From Myxococcales bacterium (GTDB taxonomy: Bacteria; Myxococcota_A; UBA9160; SZUA-336), in contig JABSQV010000023.1 in the NCBI GenBank assembly GCA_013215565.1, positions 111,442 through 175,441 of the forward strand: 64,000 bases of DNA. The letters run 5' to 3'. A program made the position numbers and the translations under genes. Shown one piece after another: positions 9,357 to 18,363 of the stretch. The notes beneath the pieces were generated by a model that saw only the letters and a list, made by a program, of their open reading frames with translations, ran no database searches and had not been told where the DNA came from. Each line of letters starts with the position of its first letter. Within the stretch, counting starts at the first letter, position 1.

Positions 9357-10655
9357 ATGGAGTCCCGGACCGCCCGCCGGCTGCGGCAACTTCTGCTCTG
9401 GGGCGCCGGTGCCTGCCTGCTGGTGCTGTTCCTGCCCGCCACCGTGGCCGTGTTCGTGGACGCACGCGGCCACCCATACCTCACCGACCGCGACCGCGTG
9501 CCGGTTGAGGGAGCCGCGCGGCTCACCCCGGCCGAACTCAGGCGGCGCTGGAGCGGCGATCTGCTGGGCCCCCCGCTCGATCTCCCGCCCGACCCGGGTG
9601 GCGAGGAAGGGCGCTACCGGCGGAACCTCGACGCCGCGCGTGACGACCTCGCTCGCGGAGATGTGCGGCACGCGCTCGAGTCTCTGCGGCGCCTCGGCCA
9701 GGACCGGCCGGGACGTCCCGAGGCGCTGTTTCTGATCGCAAAGGTGGAACTGGAGCGGGGCCACTACGCGCCCGCGCGCGAAGCGATCGAGGAGATTCTG
9801 GGCACTGCGTCCCCGGTCGCGGACGGGTGGCGCGAAGCCGCAGCCGCCCTCGCCGACGAGATCGCGGCCGAGCGGGCGTTGTCGGAATCCCGTCCCGGCG
9901 CTCGGAGTCCGGTCCGGACCCGAAGCTCTGCGCATTTCCGGGTGACCTACGACCACCGCTTTGCGCGCAACGACTTCGGCGCGGCGGTCCTGGAACTCCT
10001 CGAGCGAGTGCGGAGCGAGAGCCTGGATCGCTTCGGACGCAGACTCCGGGATCCGCTCGCGGTCAAGCTGTACTCGCGTGCGCACTATCTCGATCGCTAC
10101 GGGCACCGCTTCGGATTCGCGACAGTCGGCTTCTACGACGGGGCAATTCACGTAGTGTCGGCCCGGCACCCGCGCCTGGAACTGGAAGCGCTGCTGGTGC
10201 ATGAGTACCTCCACGCGTTGTTCCACGACGCGCTCGGGAGTCATCGGCCCTTCTTTCTGAACGAGGGGATCGCGGAATCGGAAGAGGAGCGAGTGCGGGG
10301 CCGGTCCGCACTCAGCCGGCGCGACTGGCGAGAGTTGCTGGAGGCGTTGCGCGCGGACGGGTGGATTCCGCTCGCGTCGCTGGTACGCGGCTTCGGCGGC
10401 CTCGAGGGTGGGCGCTCCGCCGCGGCCTACCTCGAGTCGCGCGCCGCGGTTCAGCTGATCGAGAATCGCTTTCCCGGCGCCGTCGCGCGCTGGCTTGAGC
10501 GCTGCGCCGAGGGAGCGCGCTGGGAAGCTGCGATGGAAGCCGAGACCGGCTGGAACCTGGAGCAACTCGAGCGCGCGCTGATCGCCGACGTGGAATCACG
10601 CTTCGTCCCGGACCCCCTGGCCGCCGCCGGGGCTCAGCTCTCGGGTGCGAAGTAG
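9357..10655 (+). CDS. hypothetical exported protein with HExxH motif (putative MA-clan zinc metallopeptidase-like)
   Basis: N-terminal signal/TM (LLLWGAGACLLVLFLPATVAVFV) and the motif ...LLVHEYLHALFHD.... The 643-aa track ORF (8724..) is a read-through in this frame over moaB; ATG 9357 follows the moaB stop. Confidence 0.5.
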   Translation: MESRTARRLRQLLLWGAGACLLVLFLPATVAVFVDARGHPYLTDRDRVPVEGAARLTPAELRRRWSGDLLGPPLDLPPDPGGEEGRYRRNLDAARDDLARGDVRHALESLRRLGQDRPGRPEALFLIAKVELERGHYAPAREAIEEILGTASPVADGWREAAAALADEIAAERALSESRPGARSPVRTRSSAHFRVTYDHRFARNDFGAAVLELLERVRSESLDRFGRRLRDPLAVKLYSRAHYLDRYGHRFGFATVGFYDGAIHVVSARHPRLELEALLVHEYLHALFHDALGSHRPFFLNEGIAESEEERVRGRSALSRRDWRELLEALRADGWIPLASLVRGFGGLEGGRSAAAYLESRAAVQLIENRFPGAVARWLERCAEGARWEAAMEAETGWNLEQLERALIADVESRFVPDPLAAAGAQLSGAK

Positions 10656-11689
10656 TCGAAGTCCACGAGCCTCTCGCGCATGAATTCCCGGATGCGCTTG
10701 ACGAGCTGCGCCTCGATCTGGCGCACGCGTTCGCGCGTGAGTTCGAACTCATCCCCGATCTGCTGCAGGGTCAGGCGCTCCTCGGCCAGAATTCGGTTCC
10801 GCAGGATCCGCGTCTCGCGCTCGTCGAGTTCCGTGCTGAATTCCTCGATCAGGCTGCGGAGCGTTCGGACCATGTCTGCCTCCGCCACGACTTCCTCGAT
10901 AGGCGGTGACGACGAACTCAGCGAGTCGCCGAAACTCCGGCCGTCGCCCTCCGCTCCGAGCGGTGCGTCGAGTGAGAGGTCGGGATCCTGAAGCCGCCGC
11001 TCGATGTCGACCACGGCGGCCTCCGGGACGTCGAGCCGTTCCGCGATCAGGCGAGGCTCGGGCTGGAATCCGCCGCGCTCGAGTTCGCGCCGAACCCGGT
11101 TCAGTTGAAAGAAGAGCTTCCGTTCCGCGCGGCTCGAGCCGACCCGGACCAGGCGAATGTTGTCGATCAGGTACTTGAGTACGTAGGCCCGGATCCAGTA
11201 GGCGGCGTAGGACGAGAGCTTGACGCCGCGCGACGGGTCAAAGCGCTTGACGGCCTGAAGCAGTCCGACGTTTCCCTCCTGAATCAGGTCGAGCAGGTTC
11301 GTCCAGACGCGCCGGTAGTCCATCGCGATCTTGACGACCAGCCGAAGGTTCGAGACCACCAACTGGCGGGCCGCTTCGGGGTCTCCGGTCTCGCGAACCT
11401 GCAGCGCGAGGGCGTGCTCCTCCTCGCGGGAGAGCAGCGGGTAGCGGCCGATCTCCTGAAAGTAGCGATCGAGCGTGTCGCGGGCGACGAGATCCGAGGC
11501 CCCGGCGGTCTCCGGTTCGGGCGAGAGGGGAACCAGGGCAGAACCCTCGCCGAGCGCGGCGGACGCCTCCGCCGCTGGGAGCCCGGCAGCATCCGCGGGC
11601 TCGGGCTTCTTCTTCACCCGGGGAGTGGGCTTCTTTTTCGCCCTGGGGTTGGGCTTCTTTTTCGCCCTGGGGCTGGGCTTCTTCTTCAC
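10634..11689 (-). CDS. rpoH: RNA polymerase sigma factor, RpoH (sigma-32)-like, with N-terminal Lys/Pro-rich repeat extension
   Basis: Sigma-70 regions 2 and 4 (...LVVSNLRLVVKIAMDYRR...DLIQEGNVGLLQAVKRFDP...) and an RpoH-box-like ERKLFFQLNRV. The N-terminus reads MKKKPSPRAKKKPNPRAKKKPTPRVKKKPEP. There is no in-frame ATG/GTG/TTG between the repeats and region 2, so the repeats must be translated. Confidence 0.85.
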   Translation of the reverse strand: MKKKPSPRAKKKPNPRAKKKPTPRVKKKPEPADAAGLPAAEASAALGEGSALVPLSPEPETAGASDLVARDTLDRYFQEIGRYPLLSREEEHALALQVRETGDPEAARQLVVSNLRLVVKIAMDYRRVWTNLLDLIQEGNVGLLQAVKRFDPSRGVKLSSYAAYWIRAYVLKYLIDNIRLVRVGSSRAERKLFFQLNRVRRELERGGFQPEPRLIAERLDVPEAAVVDIERRLQDPDLSLDAPLGAEGDGRSFGDSLSSSSPPIEEVVAEADMVRTLRSLIEEFSTELDERETRILRNRILAEERLTLQQIGDEFELTRERVRQIEAQLVKRIREFMRERLVDFDYFAPES

Positions 11690-11690
11690 C
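11602..11690. repeat. about 4 tandem copies of a 24-nt unit (gggcttcttyttcrcccyggggnt) inside the 5' end of the sigma-factor gene
   Basis: Direct reading of 11601-11690; encodes the KKKPxPRA peptide repeats on the minus strand. Confidence 0.9.
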
Positions 11691-11710
11691 CGGTATAGGT
11701 TACCGCTCAG

Positions 11711-12115
11711 CTACTGCTTGAGGGTCCGGATATACGCGACGAGATCCCAGCGGTCCTGTTCCGGGATGACGGCGCCCCAGGGCGCCATCAACGGGGAACC
11801 GCCCTTGGAGGCGGCGCCGTTCGAAATCGTGTCGAAGATCTCCTGGCTGGTGCCCCCGAACTTGAAATCTCCCACCGAGAAGTCGCGCGGAGGCGGGGTC
11901 AGGGTCTTGCCCACCGGACCGTCGCCCTTGCCGGTGGCTCCGTGGCAGGTGATGCAGTAGATCTGGTAGACCTGCTGGCCCTTCGCGGCGTCGGCGTCGG
12001 CGTCGGCGGCGCTGGCGTCGGAGTTGCTGAACACCGCGAGCGTGAATCCGAGTGCCGCGAGTGTGGCGATGAGCGTGGCCGTGATGGTGGTTCTGGCTGT
12101 ACGGGGGTAGGGCAT
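11711..12115 (-). CDS. class I c-type cytochrome (mono-heme)
   Basis: 134 aa with a signal peptide, the heme-binding CITCHG (CxxCH) and a distal Met (MAPWG). Confidence 0.75.
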   Translation of the reverse strand: MPYPRTARTTITATLIATLAALGFTLAVFSNSDASAADADADAAKGQQVYQIYCITCHGATGKGDGPVGKTLTPPPRDFSVGDFKFGGTSQEIFDTISNGAASKGGSPLMAPWGAVIPEQDRWDLVAYIRTLKQ

Positions 12116-12227
12116 GGGCTGGCTTTCTCCGTTCGTCGACGAGTCCGCGGCTCGCGGGACTGCGCCGAAGGTATAGTTGTCGGCCCGGGGAGTGTCAAAG
12201 GTCCCGGCGCCCGCGAGGCCGTCGCCG

Positions 12228-13757
12228 CTAGCGCCAGTTTCGCAGCAACTCGACCAGCAGACGCACGCCGAAGCCGGTGGCGCCTTTCACGCACAGCGCC
12301 CGGTCCCGACCGGTCCAGGCGGTGCCCGCGATGTCCAGGTGCGCCCACGGGATCTCGCCCACGAAGTGAGACAGAAAGGCCGCGGCCGTGAGCGTCCCGG
12401 CCTCGCGCCCACCCGTGTTCTTGATGTCGGCGATGTGGCTTTTGATCTGGTCGCGGTGTTCGTCCCAGAGGGGAAGCGGCCAGACCCGTTCCTGGGCGCG
12501 CTCGCCGGCTGCCCGGACGCGCTCGATCAGGGCGTCGTCGTTCCCCATCACCCCTGCGGCCGCCGAACCCAGCGCCACGACGCACGCGCCGGTGAGGGTG
12601 GCGAGGTCGACGATGGCGTCGGGTTCGTAGCGCGTTGCGTAGTGGATGGCGTCCGACAGCACGACCCGCCCCTCGGCGTCGGTGTTGATCACCTCGATCG
12701 TTTTTCCCGACGCAGTTTCGATGACGTCGCCGGGAAGGTAGGCGTCGGCGCCCTGCTTGTTCTCGGCCGCGGGGATGATGCCGACGACGTGCAGCGGCAG
12801 CTTGAGCAACGCGATCGCCCGCATGCAGCCGAGGACCGCGGCGCCGCCGGACATGTCGTGCTTCATGTCTTGCATGCTGGCGGAGGGCTTGAGCGACACG
12901 CCGCCCGTATCGAAGGTGATCCCCTTGCCGACCAGCGCGATGGTCGGCCGTCGCCGCGGCGACCGGCCCGTCGCCTTGCGGCCCCGGCGCGCGGGGGCCT
13001 TAGGCGGAGCGCCGTGCTCGAGCACGATCAGCCGGGGTGGATTCGCACTGCCGCGGCCGACCGCCAGGAGACCGCCCATCTTGTGGGCCTCGAGTTCGCG
13101 CGGCCCCAGCACGCGTACGCCGAGCCCGAACTCGCGGCCGAGTTCGCGCGCACGCTGGCCGAGCCAGTTGGGTGTGTGGACGCTTCCGGGCTCGTTGGAG
13201 AGGTCGCGCGCGAGGTTCTCGGACTCCGCCGTGATCGTCCCGATCCCGATCCCCTGCCGCAGCGCCCGGGCGTGCGATGCATCCCGTGTAAACAGGTCGA
13301 GCGACGCCAGCGCCACGGGATTGTCTTCGGTGGTTCGGTATTTGTCGAAGCGGTAGGAACCGAGGAGCGCGCCCTCGGCCAGTGCCTGGCCCGCGTTCTG
13401 CGCGGGAATCCGCCGCAGCGTCGGGACCACGAGCCCCGCGTGCTGCGATTTGCGCCGTGCCGCCTCCCGGACAGCGGTCGCGGCCGCGGCGCGCAGCGTC
13501 TGCTCCGCGACCTGTTTCGGGTCTCCGAGACCGATCAGGATGATTCGTTTCGCCGCGTGGTCTCCGCCGAGCAGGATCGCGAGCTCGTTGCGTTTCCCGA
13601 CGAAGTCGCCCCACTTCAGGCTGCGCGTAATCGCTCCGCCGAGGCCGGCGTCGAGGTTCCGCAGCGCGGGCGGAAGCCCGTCGGATCGGATCAGCGGGAT
13701 GATCAGGGCATCGAGTTCCTGTCCGACCGGATCCCCACTGCTGGCGCGAAGCCTCAT
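12228..13757 (-). CDS. pepA: leucyl aminopeptidase (M17)
   Basis: ...ALVGKGITFDTGGVSLKP...NTDAEGRVVLSDA...ATLTGAC... M17 signatures. ATG 13757 has an AGGAGG SD. An 18-20 aa Arg-rich insert (PPKAPARRGRKATGRSPRRRP) sits before the VGKGITFD motif. Confidence 0.9.
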   Translation of the reverse strand: MRLRASSGDPVGQELDALIIPLIRSDGLPPALRNLDAGLGGAITRSLKWGDFVGKRNELAILLGGDHAAKRIILIGLGDPKQVAEQTLRAAAATAVREAARRKSQHAGLVVPTLRRIPAQNAGQALAEGALLGSYRFDKYRTTEDNPVALASLDLFTRDASHARALRQGIGIGTITAESENLARDLSNEPGSVHTPNWLGQRARELGREFGLGVRVLGPRELEAHKMGGLLAVGRGSANPPRLIVLEHGAPPKAPARRGRKATGRSPRRRPTIALVGKGITFDTGGVSLKPSASMQDMKHDMSGGAAVLGCMRAIALLKLPLHVVGIIPAAENKQGADAYLPGDVIETASGKTIEVINTDAEGRVVLSDAIHYATRYEPDAIVDLATLTGACVVALGSAAAGVMGNDDALIERVRAAGERAQERVWPLPLWDEHRDQIKSHIADIKNTGGREAGTLTAAAFLSHFVGEIPWAHLDIAGTAWTGRDRALCVKGATGFGVRLLVELLRNWR

Positions 13758-13924
13758 CCCGTTCCCTCCTTTAGGTCGGTTGCGGGGCAGGCTAGCAACT
13801 GTGGAGCCGGTCGTGGAGCCCCGTCGGATTTGACGCTCCCCGGGGGCCCAAGTAGCTTCCCGTGCGGAGTGCATCGCAGCGCCGCCGTTCGATTTCCACC
13901 CCCGCCCAGGCACGAGTCCGAAAC

Positions 13925-14587
13925 ATGTTCGACCTGATCCTCGGAGCCGGCATCGTCGTCCAGGCGGTGCTCCTGCTGCTCTTGTTCCTGTCGGTGGCAT
14001 CCTGGGCCATCATCGTTTTCAAGCTGCGCGAGTTCCGAGCGGTCGAAGCGGCCTCGGCGGGCTTTCTCGACGCCTATCTCGGCGGCAGCATCGCGTCCGC
14101 GCGCGAGGCCGCGCGCACGCGGGAGAACAGCCCGCTGTGTGCGGTCTTCAGCGGGGGATACGAAGACCTGCGCCGTCTCCACGAAAATGGGACGGACGCC
14201 GGCGAGGTCGAGCCCGAGCTTCTCGAGGGTGCGGTTCAGCGGCTGGCCTGGGTGCAGACCGAGCAAGCACACCGGCTCGAGCGCGGGCTCTCCTTTCTGG
14301 CCACGACGGGCAGCGCCGCGCCCTTCATCGGACTGTTCGGAACCGTCGTGGGCATCATGAACGCGTTCGGGGAAATCGGCACCAGCGGTTCGGCCAGCAT
14401 CGCGGTCGTGGCCCCCGGGATTGCCGAAGCCCTGTTCGCGACCGCGGCCGGGCTCTTCGCCGCGATTCCGGCCGTGATCGCCTATAACTACATGAGCGCC
14501 CGTCTGGGTCGGATCCTGGAGCAGACCGACTCCTTCCGGGGCGAGTACGCCGAGCGCATCCGGCGCCTCGCGCTCCGGGCCGCCTGA
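13925..14587 (+). CDS. tolQ: Tol-Pal system protein TolQ (MotA/TolQ/ExbB proton channel family)
   Basis: 220 aa with 3 TM helices and ...FLATTGSAAPFIGLFGTVVGIMNAF.... First gene of the tolQRAB-pal-cpoB cluster. Confidence 0.85.
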   Translation: MFDLILGAGIVVQAVLLLLLFLSVASWAIIVFKLREFRAVEAASAGFLDAYLGGSIASAREAARTRENSPLCAVFSGGYEDLRRLHENGTDAGEVEPELLEGAVQRLAWVQTEQAHRLERGLSFLATTGSAAPFIGLFGTVVGIMNAFGEIGTSGSASIAVVAPGIAEALFATAAGLFAAIPAVIAYNYMSARLGRILEQTDSFRGEYAERIRRLALRAA

Positions 14588-14594
14588 GGTTCAG

Positions 14595-14987
14595 ATGCGG
14601 CGGCGTCCGCCGATGTCCGAGATCAACGTGACGCCGTTCGTCGATGTGATGCTGGTGCTTCTCGTCATCTTTATGGTCACGGCGCCGCTGATCCAGCAGG
14701 GGGTGCCGGTGGAGTTGCCCAAGACCAAGTCCGAGGGACTTCGCTCGCGCGAAGAGCCGCTGGTAATCGCGGTCGATGAAAGCGGGACGATTTTCGTGCA
14801 GCGGGCGACGGTGAAGCCCGAAGCCCTCGAGGAAAAGTTGATTGCGATCTTCGAAACACGTGGAAACAAAGAGGTATTTCTGCGTGCCGACGCGCGTGCC
14901 AGCTACGGCGCGGTGGCTCGGGTCCTGGCGGCCATGCAGCGCGCGGGGGCGGGCAAGATCGGAATGGTGACCGAGCCCCAGGCATGA
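14595..14987 (+). CDS. tolR: Tol-Pal system protein TolR (ExbD/TolR family)
   Basis: ...SEINVTPFVDVMLVLLVIFMV.... ExbD/TolR fold. Confidence 0.85.
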   Translation: MRRRPPMSEINVTPFVDVMLVLLVIFMVTAPLIQQGVPVELPKTKSEGLRSREEPLVIAVDESGTIFVQRATVKPEALEEKLIAIFETRGNKEVFLRADARASYGAVARVLAAMQRAGAGKIGMVTEPQA

Positions 14988-15661
14988 CCGGGCGACTCGG
15001 GATGCACGTGCCCCTGCGGGCGGATCCCGCCTTTCGCTGGCTTGTGGCCTGGAGCCTCGGGGCGCACCTCGGCCTCGGGATGGTGCTTACGCTCTCTCCT
15101 TCGGGGCGCGCGCTGATCCCGGCCCCGCACGCCGTGATGGTCGAACTGCTGACGGCGCTGCCCGGGGCGCCCGCGCATCGGCCGCGCCGCCAGGTGGTGG
15201 ACGAGCCGGTGGTGATTCCGAAGCGCCCGAAGCCCGCGAAGCCGGTCTCCCCCAGGCCCGAAGCCAGGAAGCCGCCGCCGCTCACGGCCGCGCAACTGAT
15301 CGCGAAGATCCGCAAAGAGATCCCGGCGGAAGCTGCCGGGCCGGGGACTTCCAATCCCGCCGCCCGGTCGGGCTTCGTGGACCCGCTGCTGGCGGCCTAC
15401 CGTTCTCGCTTGCAGGCGCGGCTCAGAAGGAACTGGTCGGGGGCTCGGGCGTTTGCGGCTCAGCCTTCGTTGCTCGCGCGCTTCGAAGTCGAGATCAACC
15501 AGGCTGGCAAGCTGGTTGGGATCGCGCAGCGCGAGGGCTCGGGAAACCGCTACTTCGACGAGTCCGCCGAGCGCGCGATCTGGCGGGCGGCGCCGTTTCC
15601 GGCGCCGCCGCGGGGTGCGCTCACGCTGGACGTCAACTTTCGTCCCGGAGCCGTGTTCTGA
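14984..15661 (+). CDS. tolA: TolA-like protein (TonB/TolA C-terminal domain, Pro-rich linker)
   Basis: N-terminal TM helix, a Pro/Lys-rich linker (PKRPKPAKPVSPRPEARKPPP) and a C-terminal TonB_C-like domain. ATGA overlaps with both tolR and tolB. Confidence 0.6.
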   Translation: MTGRLGMHVPLRADPAFRWLVAWSLGAHLGLGMVLTLSPSGRALIPAPHAVMVELLTALPGAPAHRPRRQVVDEPVVIPKRPKPAKPVSPRPEARKPPPLTAAQLIAKIRKEIPAEAAGPGTSNPAARSGFVDPLLAAYRSRLQARLRRNWSGARAFAAQPSLLARFEVEINQAGKLVGIAQREGSGNRYFDESAERAIWRAAPFPAPPRGALTLDVNFRPGAVF

Positions 15662-16977
15662 TGCCCGCCTGGCTCGCGGCGTTGTGGCTGCTGATTGCCG
15701 CCGCCTCGGCAGTCGCCGAGGACCGGCTGCAGGTCGACGTCGATCAGGGAGCGGGCCGCGCCTATCGGGTGGCGGTTCAACACTTCGAGCGTGGGCCCGG
15801 GGTCGACCCGGAGCTCGAGGAGCGTTTCCACCAGGCCCTGATTTCGGGGCTCGAGTACTCGGGCATCGCGGAGGCGGTTTCTCCCCGGGCGTTCCTCGGG
15901 CCGCTCGAGACCCGCGACTACGAGGACGCGAGCTTCCAGTGTGACGACTGGCGCGCGATCGGCGCCGATGCGCTGCTGCAGGGTCGGATCGAGTCTGCGG
16001 ACGCGGGCCTCCGGATTCGGTTCCGGCTCTTCGACAGCGTCCGCTGCCTGCCGCTTGGAAAGCCCCACCGCTACCAGTCCGAGGCGGGCCCGAGCGACGC
16101 TGGCCGGATCGGCTACCTGGCCCGCCGCCTGGCGGATGAGGTCGTCCGCCGCTTCACCGGGCAGCGCGGGGTCTCATCGACCCAGATCGCGTTCGTGTCG
16201 GACCGGGGCGGCAATAAGGAGGTCTTCATCATGGGAGCCGACGGGAGCGCGCCGACGCGCGTCACCGGGAACGGGGACATCAACCTGTTTCCTTCCTGGT
16301 CTCCGGATGCGGACTCGCTGGCCTACACCTCCTACAAGAGCGGCAGGCCGGACGTCTGGCTGCTCTCGCGGGGCGCGCGCCGCAACGGGCCTCTGCTCGG
16401 TAGCCGGGATGCCAAGTACCGGGGGGTCTGGGCGCCTCGCAACGGCGACCTCGCGCTGGTGATGAGCCGGGAGGGAAATACCGACATTTACCTCGTCGGG
16501 GAGAACGGACGGGGTCTGCGGCGGGTGACGCGCGACCGCTCGATCGAGACCTCGCCGACCTGGTCGCCCGACGGCCTCAGACTGGCCTACGTCTCGGATC
16601 GGTCCGGTTCTCCTCAGCTCTACGTCCGGGACTTGGCCTCGGGGAAGTCGCGGCGGCTGACGTTCGAGGGCAGCTACAACGCGAGTCCCGCGTGGTCTCC
16701 GACCGGGGAGTGGATCGTCTACGCGGCCCGATCCGGGAGCAACTTCGATCTCTACCTGATCGACCCCGACAGCGGCTACACCCGGCCGCTCGTCTCTCAT
16801 CCCCGCCAGGACGAGGAGCCTGCCTGGTCCCCGGACGGGAGGAAGGTGGCCTTCGTGTCATCGCGCCGGGGGCGCACGGATATCTACGTAGTCGACGTCG
16901 ACGGGCGGAATCTGCGTCGCCTGACCGCCGACTTCGGCAACAGCAGCAACCCGGCCTGGGCCTCCTGGCTGGACTAG
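15661..16977 (+). CDS. tolB: Tol-Pal system beta-propeller protein TolB
   Basis: Signal peptide, a TolB N-terminal domain, and repeated WSPDG/PxWSP beta-propeller blades (FPSWSPDADSLAYTS, SPTWSPDGLRLAYVS, SPAWSPTGEWIVYAA, EPAWSPDGRKVAFVS). Confidence 0.9.
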   Translation: MPAWLAALWLLIAAASAVAEDRLQVDVDQGAGRAYRVAVQHFERGPGVDPELEERFHQALISGLEYSGIAEAVSPRAFLGPLETRDYEDASFQCDDWRAIGADALLQGRIESADAGLRIRFRLFDSVRCLPLGKPHRYQSEAGPSDAGRIGYLARRLADEVVRRFTGQRGVSSTQIAFVSDRGGNKEVFIMGADGSAPTRVTGNGDINLFPSWSPDADSLAYTSYKSGRPDVWLLSRGARRNGPLLGSRDAKYRGVWAPRNGDLALVMSREGNTDIYLVGENGRGLRRVTRDRSIETSPTWSPDGLRLAYVSDRSGSPQLYVRDLASGKSRRLTFEGSYNASPAWSPTGEWIVYAARSGSNFDLYLIDPDSGYTRPLVSHPRQDEEPAWSPDGRKVAFVSSRRGRTDIYVVDVDGRNLRRLTADFGNSSNPAWASWLD

Positions 16978-17079
16978 GATGTTCGGGTGTGCCGGGGTCA
17001 TTGCATCCGGGGGCGGATCCGGCTAGAGAATCATGCGGCCGGCTCGTTTCGGGCCCGGCCTCCAGAGGAGTACAGGACC

Positions 17080-17580
17080 ATGGGGCAGCGACTTCTTATG
17101 TGCCTGGCTTTGGTGGCCCTGGTTGGCTGCCAGACGGACGGGACCGGGAGTCCCTCCTCCAGTACGGGCTTTCCTGAGGAGAGTGCGAGCGGATCCTCAG
17201 AGATGCCGCCCGCGGCACGCAGCAGTTCGGAGCCGGACATGGATCTCCAGCTCGAGACCGTCTACTTCGCCTACGACCGCGCGAGTCTGGATGCAGGCGC
17301 GCGCGGTATCCTCCGTTCGAATGCGGAATATCTGAAGACGAACTCGGGCGCCACCGCGCGCATCGAGGGCAACTGCGACTCGCGAGGCTCGGCGGAATAC
17401 AACCTGGCACTTGGGGAGCGTCGCGCGCTGGCGGCGAAACAATATCTGGTCGATCTCGGAGTGGATGCTTCGCGGCTATCGACGATCAGCTACGGCGAGG
17501 AACGGCCCGCGGTCCGCGGCCAGACGGAAGCGGCCTTTGCCAAGAACCGCCGCGACGATTTCCTTCCGACCGCCCGGTAG
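17080..17580 (+). CDS. pal: peptidoglycan-associated lipoprotein Pal (OmpA-like domain)
   Basis: Lipobox LVGC, and the OmpA-like region ...VYFAYDRASLDAGARGILRSNAEYL...IEGNCDSRGSAEYNLALGERRALAAKQYLVDLGV.... GAGGAG SD before ATG 17080. Confidence 0.85.
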   Translation: MGQRLLMCLALVALVGCQTDGTGSPSSSTGFPEESASGSSEMPPAARSSSEPDMDLQLETVYFAYDRASLDAGARGILRSNAEYLKTNSGATARIEGNCDSRGSAEYNLALGERRALAAKQYLVDLGVDASRLSTISYGEERPAVRGQTEAAFAKNRRDDFLPTAR

Positions 17581-17589
17581 CCGCTGCCG

Positions 17590-18363
17590 ATGACTGGGAT
17601 CGGCAGAGCCGTCCGGATCTCGGCGAGCGCGGCCTTTGGGTGGCTGCTTTGTGCCTGCGTGACGGTGGCGGATTTCAGGGCCCTGGAGGGGGAGGTTGCG
17701 GCGCTCCAGTCACGGGGCGGTCAGGATGCTTCGGCTGACGCATCCCGGCTTGCCGACCTGGGCGCATCGCTCGATGCGCTGGAGCGAGAGGTCGCCGGAC
17801 TCCGGGGTCTGCTCGAGGAGGCAGACCGGAACGCGACTCTGGCCCGCGAGGAACTGGCGGAGGTGCGCGAGTTCCTGGGAAGCGCACGGGAGACGCCGGC
17901 CGCTTTCGGGTCCGGCCCGGGACCTGCTCGGATGGCTCCGACGGCTCCGGGCGCCCGGGCGAGTGACGAACTCCGCGCCTATGAGGCGGCATTTCGCTTC
18001 TACCGCTCGGAGGACTACGAGACCGCTATTGACCGCTTCGAAAAGTTACTGCAAAACTACCCGGCTTCCGACTACGCGGACAACGCGTTGTTCTGGATGG
18101 GGGAGTGTTATCTGAAGCTCGACGATCACGAGCGGGCCGTCCTGACCTTCGAGGACGTGACCAAGCGTTACCCGAACGGGAACAAGGCGCCCGATGCGTT
18201 GTACCGGCAGGCGGTTGCGATTCTGGAGATCGGACGGCGGACCCAACAGGAAGGCAGGTACGCTGCGGCGGCGCGGGAGATCTTCGAGAAAATTGTTCGC
18301 GACTATCCTGAGTCCGATCGGGTTCCGGAAGCGCGGCGCCAACTGGAAAAGCTGAGTTCGTGA
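17590..18363 (+). CDS. cpoB: cell division coordinator CpoB/YbgF (coiled coil plus TPR)
   Basis: Signal peptide, a coiled-coil segment (ALEREVAGLRGLLEE...) and C-terminal TPR repeats (YEAAFRFYRSEDYETAIDRFEKLLQNYPASDYADNALFWMGECY). Last gene of the tol-pal cluster. Confidence 0.75.
   Translation: MTGIGRAVRISASAAFGWLLCACVTVADFRALEGEVAALQSRGGQDASADASRLADLGASLDALEREVAGLRGLLEEADRNATLAREELAEVREFLGSARETPAAFGSGPGPARMAPTAPGARASDELRAYEAAFRFYRSEDYETAIDRFEKLLQNYPASDYADNALFWMGECYLKLDDHERAVLTFEDVTKRYPNGNKAPDALYRQAVAILEIGRRTQQEGRYAAAAREIFEKIVRDYPESDRVPEARRQLEKLSS

Noticed and set aside
8724-10655. 643-aa plus-strand ORF spanning moaB and the HExxH protein
   Set aside because: Out-of-frame read-through over moaB; the real gene starts at ATG 9357 after the moaB stop.
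12177-13937. 586-aa plus-strand ORF antisense to pepA
   Set aside because: pepA on the minus strand carries all M17 motifs; the plus-strand ORF is an artefact.
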